Origin: a virus
Virus record (IMG/VR): IMGVR_UViG_3300017978_000111
Span: 1-29,576 of that record
DNA: 29,576 nt
Reading direction: 5' to 3' (one strand)
The translations under genes were made by a program, and so were the position numbers. Shown here one piece after another: positions 25,399 through 29,576 of the stretch. The notes beneath the pieces are model-generated. The model was not told the origin of the DNA and made no database searches. It was given only the letters and a program-made list of their open reading frames with translations. The stretch's first letter is position 1. Every line of letters begins with the position of its first letter.

Positions 25399-25591
25399 GG
25401 CTGACCTTGCTGAATGGAGGCGAGGCTTGGATGATACAAGGACAATGATTAGCGAGGAAGATTTACTAATCAAGATTGCAAGGATGAATGACATCCAGCG
25501 CAGAATCCTTAAAAGCTACCATTACTTGATTCTGGACCTTTATACCTTAACCGAAGACTTTATGTTACCAATAAACCTTTTACACTTTTAA
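25295..25591 (+). CDS. hypothetical helical protein (98 aa)
   Basis: Track ORF. The start is uncertain because of the 104-nt overlap; an internal ATG at 25445 is an alternative. Confidence 0.45.
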   Translation: MSKLIYQEKQLKLHKRATTLLELLKQAQGRQNLFEADLAEWRRGLDDTRTMISEEDLLIKIARMNDIQRRILKSYHYLILDLYTLTEDFMLPINLLHF

Positions 25592-25592
25592 T

Positions 25593-25802
25593 ATGAATCC
25601 AAAAGAAACCGCAGAATACTTAATAGCCAAATTTAATTTTATACCAATTAATAATGGATATTCTTACAATGATTTACTTGAAATTAGAAAACAATGTGCT
25701 TTGGTATGTGCTTATGAAGTACAAGGTGAATATCAAATAGAACACGATGCTATAAAATATTTACTTTGGGAAAAAATAATAAAAGAAATAAAAGCATTAT
25801 GA
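25593..25802 (+). CDS. hypothetical protein (69 aa)
   Basis: Track ORF. ATGA overlap with the next gene. Confidence 0.5.
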   Translation: MNPKETAEYLIAKFNFIPINNGYSYNDLLEIRKQCALVCAYEVQGEYQIEHDAIKYLLWEKIIKEIKAL

Positions 25803-26236
25803 GAGAAGTACACAAAACGTATATCGCAGAACTTGAAATAGAGGTTTTGCGAGAAAAGAACAAAAAACTAAAGCAAGAAATAAATCAATTAAAGGATTTA
25901 TTAGACAAACATTTAAACATAAAAACAATAAGAATGGACAAAGAACAACAAAAGGAGTATGCAATTCAAATAGCCGAAAAAGTGTGCAATTATTACCAAA
26001 TTAACTATGGAAAAATGATGTCCAAATACAGGGGCGAGGAAGTTACTTTGGCAAGACAAATGACTATGTACTTTACCAAAGAAAAAACTGAATTAAACGG
26101 CGAGGAAATAGCTAAATTGTTTAACAGGGATAGGACAACAGTATTACACTCAATCCAAAAGATTAAAGGTCAATTGTCAAATAAGTTTGATGATACCATA
26201 AAAAAGGATGTTTTCAACTTAAATGTGCTTATTTAA
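25799..26236 (+). CDS. DnaA domain IV-like DNA-binding protein with an N-terminal coiled coil
   Basis: RGEEVTLARQMTMYFTKEKTELNGEEIAKLFNRDRTTVLHSIQKIK parallels the DnaA C-terminal pattern (R.ia.aRQ.aMyL..elT..sl..IG..Fg.RDHTTVlha..ki). ATG 25799 is preferred over TTG 25766. Confidence 0.75.
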   Translation: MREVHKTYIAELEIEVLREKNKKLKQEINQLKDLLDKHLNIKTIRMDKEQQKEYAIQIAEKVCNYYQINYGKMMSKYRGEEVTLARQMTMYFTKEKTELNGEEIAKLFNRDRTTVLHSIQKIKGQLSNKFDDTIKKDVFNLNVLI

Positions 26237-26287
26237 TTTGGTTATTAACACCAAAGTAGTTAATTTTAAACTCTAAAACCAACCAAT

Positions 26288-27004
26288 ATGAACGAACAAC
26301 AACTGGCTAAAAAGCCACAACTTTCGTACACGAAAGACCAAGTAGAGTTAGTAAAATCGCAGATTGCTCCAGAAGCAACAGTTGATGAACTAAAGCTATT
26401 TCTTTATCAAGCACAAAGGACAGGACTTGATGCATTATCAAGGCAGATTTATTGCATTCACAGGAACGTAAAAACGCAAAACGGATGGTCTAAAAAAATG
26501 ACCATTCAAACAAGCATTGATGGATTCCGAGTAATCGCTGAACGTAGCGGAAACTATGGTGGACAAAGCGAACCTGTATTTGTAGAACAAGATGGTAAGT
26601 TAATTTCTTGTAAGGTATCAGTATTTAGATTTCACGGCGATTTAAGGTATGAAGCAGCCGTTGGAGTAGCTTATTGGGATGAATACTGCCAACGCACAAA
26701 CGAAGGCAAACCAATGGGCTTATGGGCGAAGATGCCACATACAATGCTTAGTAAAGTTGCAGAAGCATTAGCTTTAAGAAAGGCTTACCCACAAGATTTA
26801 AGCGGACTTTATACAGGTGATGAAATGGCGCAAAGTGATGAAAAACCAGCCTACATTAAAACACACGATAATCTTGATGATTTGGAGTTAGCTATTGATT
26901 TATGCATAAGCACAAACGAATTGGCTGAACTTTATACATTGAATCAAGAATTAGCCGACAAAGAAGTAACTAAATTATTTACCAAGAAAAAACAAACTTT
27001 ATGA
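26288..27004 (+). CDS. recT: RecT/Bet-family single-strand annealing protein
   Basis: IQTSIDGFRVIAERSG...WAKMPHTMLSKVAEALALRKAYPQDLSGLYTGDEM matches the RecT-family C-terminal signature. Confidence 0.85.
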   Translation: MNEQQLAKKPQLSYTKDQVELVKSQIAPEATVDELKLFLYQAQRTGLDALSRQIYCIHRNVKTQNGWSKKMTIQTSIDGFRVIAERSGNYGGQSEPVFVEQDGKLISCKVSVFRFHGDLRYEAAVGVAYWDEYCQRTNEGKPMGLWAKMPHTMLSKVAEALALRKAYPQDLSGLYTGDEMAQSDEKPAYIKTHDNLDDLELAIDLCISTNELAELYTLNQELADKEVTKLFTKKKQTL

Positions 27005-27246
27005 CACCATTAACAAGATTATGGGATTTAAGGGAAGCAGTTAAGTTCTGGAATTATAAAGTTGATACAAGCTATCCACAAAACGCATCGGAAATGATTC
27101 ATCAATTAAATTTAGCTAAGTATAAACTTAAGCTTCATAAACAAAAACACTTTCCAGAGTTATTAGAGCAGCCTAAAAGGGATTATGTTCCTTATAAAAT
27201 GTTAGCTGATAAATTTGAAGTATTTGAAAACTATTTAAACGATTAA
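27001..27246 (+). CDS. hypothetical protein (81 aa)
   Basis: Track ORF. ATGA overlap with the recT stop. Confidence 0.5.
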   Translation: MTPLTRLWDLREAVKFWNYKVDTSYPQNASEMIHQLNLAKYKLKLHKQKHFPELLEQPKRDYVPYKMLADKFEVFENYLND

Positions 27247-27248
27247 TT

Positions 27249-27413
27249 ATGCCTTATTCAACTTGCTGCGGCGCACACACCACCTTTGATGAAATTGGAA
27301 TTTGTCCAGATTGTTTAGAACATTGCGACTGGGAGGAGGAAGACGAAGAAGAATTAGAACAAGATAGACAAAACGAAATAGAACAACAACAAATTAATAA
27401 ACACCAAAACTAA
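27249..27413 (+). CDS. Cys-rich small protein with an acidic tail (54 aa, not in the track)
   Basis: MPYSTCCGAHTTFDEIGICPDCLEHCDWEEEDEEELEQDRQNEIEQQQINKHQN. It fills the 27247..27418 gap exactly. Confidence 0.5.
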   Translation: MPYSTCCGAHTTFDEIGICPDCLEHCDWEEEDEEELEQDRQNEIEQQQINKHQN

Positions 27414-27418
27414 AAACA

Positions 27419-27691
27419 ATGATTGTATTAAACATTTGCAAAGAGGAAATTAACTGGAAAGAAGCTAAAAATGGCAAACACTACGCAAACGTAGCTACCG
27501 ACTTTTTAAAGCAACCAGATGAAAAAGGAAACACGCACACAGTATGGAACAACCAAACAATGGAGGAAAGAGCAGAAAAAGCTAAGAAAAACTATTGTGG
27601 CAGAGGTAAGCAAGTTTCTTATAACGCACCAACCGCTAAAAAGGAATTTGCAGTAAACCAACAAGAATCAGAAGACGATTTACCATTCTAA
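27419..27691 (+). CDS. 90-aa protein with an SSB-type acidic C-terminal tip (mini-SSB or SSB-tail mimic)
   Basis: C-terminus ...QQESEDDLPF resembles the bacterial SSB tip (D-D-D-I-P-F). Located two genes downstream of recT. Confidence 0.55.
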   Translation: MIVLNICKEEINWKEAKNGKHYANVATDFLKQPDEKGNTHTVWNNQTMEERAEKAKKNYCGRGKQVSYNAPTAKKEFAVNQQESEDDLPF

Positions 27692-27742
27692 AACAACCCC
27701 ACGTTGGGCGATAACGTAAAGCGCAAATTTAAAACCTACAAT

Positions 27743-28009
27743 ATGATTGGTAAAAAAATAATAATAAATAAAAAACATCCAATGTTGTGTAGAGATGATA
27801 AACCAATAGACATTGAATGTACGATATTAGACAAGATACTTTGTCAAGAAAAAATAACTAAATATGTTGGAACATCTGATGGTTATTATGGTAGAGATGA
27901 ATTATTTAGTGTAATATCAGTTACAAAGTATTTGATATGTTATGATGTATTTGATAGACAAGAATTAGAAATAATTAAACCTAATGAAATAAAAAAAGTA
28001 TTAATTTAA
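27743..28009 (+). CDS. hypothetical protein (88 aa)
   Basis: ATG 27743 is preferred over the TTG track start at 27704. Very AT-rich, no motif recognised. Confidence 0.45.
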   Translation: MIGKKIIINKKHPMLCRDDKPIDIECTILDKILCQEKITKYVGTSDGYYGRDELFSVISVTKYLICYDVFDRQELEIIKPNEIKKVLI

Positions 28010-28020
28010 AACCTACAACT

Positions 28021-28212
28021 ATGAGCCAAAACCAACAAATCGCAAACTACCTAAATAAGGGTAGAAAATTAACCCCAATTGATGCTTTAAACAAGTTCGG
28101 ATGCTTTAGATTAGCAGCACGAATTGCTGACCTTAGAAATGATGGTATGAACATAAAAACAACCATTGTTAAGCTGAAAAATAAGAAGCAAGTTGCTCAA
28201 TATTCAATATGA
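28021..28212 (+). CDS. helix-turn-helix protein (HTH_39-like)
   Basis: LTPIDALNKFGCFRLAARIADLRNDGMNIKT matches the small phage HTH family pattern (..rLaaRI.dLr..G..I.t). Confidence 0.6.
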   Translation: MSQNQQIANYLNKGRKLTPIDALNKFGCFRLAARIADLRNDGMNIKTTIVKLKNKKQVAQYSI

Positions 28213-28967
28213 CACACGCATCATTATTTAGTGGAATCGGAGGATTTGACTTAGCAGCGGAATGGATGGGATGGAAAAATCTATTTCATTGCGAATGGAA
28301 TCCATTTGGTCAACAAGTATTAAAACATCATTTCCCAAATTCAATTAGTTACAATGACATTACTAAAACAAACTTCTCTATTCATAGAGGACAAGTCGAC
28401 ATCCTTACAGGAGGATTTCCTTGCCAACCCTACTCAAGTGCAGGAAAAAGACTTGGTAATGAAGATGAACGCCATCTCTGGCCAGAAATGCTTAGAACAA
28501 TTCAAGAAGTTCAACCACGTTGGGTTGTGGGCGAAAACGTTCTCGGACTTACTAATTGGAATGGGGGATTGGTCTTCAACGAGGTGCAAGTTGACTTGGA
28601 AGCTAAAGGGTACGAAGTACAAGCGTTTATACTTCCAGCTTGTGCCAAAAACGCACCACACCGAAGGGATAGAGTTTGGTTTGTTGCCTACTCCAACCAA
28701 ATCGGATTTTCAACCAAGATGGCAAACGGAAAACTGGGAGGGGAACTCGGATTTACCAAGTGTAATCAACCAAATGTATGGGACACATTCACAACTGAAT
28801 CCGCTATTTGTGGAAAAGATGATGGGCTTCCCACCGAATTGGACTTTATCAGTATTTCAAAATACCGAAAAGAATCTTTAATGGCATATGGAAACGCAAT
28901 AGTTCCACAAGTTGCTTATGAGATTTTTAAGGCTATAAATGAATTTGAATTAATGGTAAATAAGTAG
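28209..28967 (+). CDS. dcm: DNA (cytosine-5)-methyltransferase, short form
   Basis: Motif I LFSGIGGFDLA, IV GGFPCQPYS, VI VGENV, VIII APHRRDRVWFVA, X YGNAIVPQV. There is no recognisable motif IX or TRD in this frame. Confidence 0.85.
   Translation: MTHASLFSGIGGFDLAAEWMGWKNLFHCEWNPFGQQVLKHHFPNSISYNDITKTNFSIHRGQVDILTGGFPCQPYSSAGKRLGNEDERHLWPEMLRTIQEVQPRWVVGENVLGLTNWNGGLVFNEVQVDLEAKGYEVQAFILPACAKNAPHRRDRVWFVAYSNQIGFSTKMANGKLGGELGFTKCNQPNVWDTFTTESAICGKDDGLPTELDFISISKYRKESLMAYGNAIVPQVAYEIFKAINEFELMVNK
28354..28881 (+). CDS. 175-codon ORF nested in the +1 frame of dcm, carrying LLPTPT and MGFPPNWT (motif IX-like) motifs
   Basis: Open from 28324 to TAA at 28879..28881. GLLPTPTKSD at 28678..28707 and SQLNPLFVEKMMGFPPNWT at 28789..28845. 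It is the longest same-strand alternative-frame ORF in the track by more than 2-fold. Whether it is translated is unproven. Confidence 0.5.
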   Translation: MTLLKQTSLFIEDKSTSLQEDFLANPTQVQEKDLVMKMNAISGQKCLEQFKKFNHVGLWAKTFSDLLIGMGDWSSTRCKLTWKLKGTKYKRLYFQLVPKTHHTEGIEFGLLPTPTKSDFQPRWQTENWEGNSDLPSVINQMYGTHSQLNPLFVEKMMGFPPNWTLSVFQNTEKNL

Positions 28968-28986
28968 TATTTTTGTACAAAGGATG

Positions 28987-28998
28987 TAGGATATCCTA
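28987..28998. repeat. perfect 12-bp palindrome TAGGATATCCTA with a third half-site downstream
   Basis: taggatatccta at 28987..28998. atcctac recurs at 29032..29038 (reverse complement of gtaggat at 28986..28992). Lies in the gap upstream of the replication gene. Confidence 0.6.
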
Positions 28999-29011
28999 AC
29001 TAAAACTTATT

Positions 29012-29064
29012 GGCTCAAAGCTGAAACCCTAATCCTACTGGGGTGGATGCCGAGAGCCTTTTTT
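29012..29064 (+). terminator. candidate terminator / structured element after dcm
   Basis: ggctc (29012..29016) pairs with gagcc (29054..29058). Inner gc/gc and atcc/ggat pairings. T6 at 29059..29064. The hairpin is long and imperfect. Confidence 0.45.
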
Positions 29065-29069
29065 ATTTT

Positions 29070-29576
29070 ATGGCTAAAGACCCAGCGGTGTTATTTTACA
29101 CAAGCGATTTTCTTAGTGGCACATTTACAATGGATAATGAACAGGTTGGCAAATACATTAGACTTTTGTGCTTACAACATCAAAAAGGCAAATTAAGTGA
29201 AAAGGATATGCTAAGCATATGTAAAGCATATGATAATGAGATTTGGGATAAATTTAAAGTTGAAGATGGTTTATACTACAATGAAAGAATGTTTAATGAA
29301 ACCATTAGAAGGCAAAAATTTAGTGAAAGTAGGCGAAATAACGCTAAATCACCTAAAAAAGAAAGCACTAGCGAAGCATATGCTGAGCATATGGAAACTG
29401 AAACTGAAAATAGAACTATAACTATAAATGAAAATATAAATATAGATTTTGAATGGTTTTGGAATGAATATGATAAAAAGGTAGGGGATAAGCAAAAGTT
29501 AAAAAAGAAGTGGAATAAATTAACCGATGAAGAAAGGCAAAATGCAATGAATTATCTTGAACTTTACAAACAGTCA
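29070..29576 (+). CDS. DUF1376 (YdaU-like) replication-associated protein, N-terminal part (continues across the junction to 199)
   Basis: MAKDPAVLFYTSDFLSGTFTMDNEQVGKYIRLLCLQHQKG is the DUF1376 signature. No stop before the window end, and the frame continues at 56..199. C-terminal FEWFWNEYDKKVGDKQKLKKKW...ETFINNKSWNDE is a motif common in phage replication organisers. Confidence 0.75.
   Translation, partial: MAKDPAVLFYTSDFLSGTFTMDNEQVGKYIRLLCLQHQKGKLSEKDMLSICKAYDNEIWDKFKVEDGLYYNERMFNETIRRQKFSESRRNNAKSPKKESTSEAYAEHMETETENRTITINENINIDFEWFWNEYDKKVGDKQKLKKKWNKLTDEERQNAMNYLELYKQS
29522..29576. repeat. terminal direct repeat, copy 2 (identical to 1..55)
   Basis: Exact 55/55 match to the window start. 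This fits a circular contig closed by an assembler k-mer overlap, or terminal redundancy. Confidence 0.95.

Noticed and set aside
26237-26255. Small hairpin tttggt-N7-accaaa after the DnaA-IV-like gene, as a possible terminator.
   Set aside because: The stem is only 6 bp and AT-rich, and it lacks a following T-run, so it is too weak to call.
2471-28700. All minus-strand ORFs in the track: 2471..2677, 3511..3750, 4172..4402, 5202..5426, 6569..6835, 7238..7492, 7751..8062, 8063..8293, 9667..9852, 12345..12608, 13922..14137, 15475..15657, 16046..16264, 16669..16863, 17047..17247, 21901..22083, 25312..25494, 28434..28700.
   Set aside because: Each lies wholly antisense to a well-supported + strand gene. 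All are short (60-103 aa). Their composition is typical of antisense shadows (Ser/Leu/Phe/Ile-rich) and none has a recognisable motif.
29230-29421. 63-aa alternative-frame ORF inside the DUF1376 gene.
   Set aside because: The track lists it only because the real junction-spanning ORF has no stop inside the window. The sequence is Lys/Leu-rich frame noise.
1-29576. Search for tRNA genes, CRISPR arrays, integrase/excisionase, reverse transcriptase or DGR, and toxin-antitoxin pairs.
   Set aside because: By eye I found no T-loop/acceptor-like structures, no spaced direct-repeat arrays, no tyrosine or serine recombinase motifs and no RT motifs. The fibre repeats are protein-level module junctions without a template repeat or RT, so they do not indicate a DGR.

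Overview
The window is a complete, circularly closed tailed-phage genome. The first 55 nt are identical to the last 55 nt, leaving about 29,521 bp of unique sequence. It is AT-rich and gene-dense. Every credible gene is on the + strand, and many neighbours are joined by ATGA or TAATG stop-start overlaps.

Gene order around the circle:
- Early, replication and recombination module (24927, through the junction, to 3536): small membrane and RHH-like proteins, a DnaA domain-IV-like protein, RecT, a 90-aa protein with an SSB-type DDLPF tail, an HTH protein, a C5 cytosine methyltransferase, a DUF1376-like replication protein that spans the junction, an HNH nuclease, NinG, and a ParB-methyltransferase fusion.
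- Packaging and head (3560..9565): TerS, TerL, portal, MuF/gp7-like protein, HK97-type protease, HK97-type capsid.
- Connectors and a siphovirus-type tail (9653..20737): major tail protein, G/GT chaperone with a -1 frameshift on an A10 run, tape measure, distal tail proteins, and a 1010-aa fibre with an S74 chaperone domain.
- Lysis cassette (20782..22512).
- A terminal cluster (22514..24643): GIY-YIG endonuclease, metallophosphoesterase, HExxH protein. It ends in tandem terminators.

I saw no tRNA, CRISPR array, integrase, polymerase or helicase. TAnnTTTG motifs in intergenic gaps and the lack of Shine-Dalgarno sequences point to a Bacteroidota (probably Flavobacteriia-like) host.

The most unusual observation is in the dcm gene (28209..28967). 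It contains a 175-codon ORF in the +1 frame (28354..28881). That translation carries the methyltransferase-type motifs (LLPTPT, LNPLFVEKMMGFPPNWT) that the main frame lacks. This suggests a dual-coded or nested split methyltransferase, or recoding.

Other points of interest are three free-standing homing-endonuclease-type genes, an SSB-tail mini-protein, a DnaA-IV-only protein with nearby TTATCC repeats, and chains of translationally coupled micro-ORFs.
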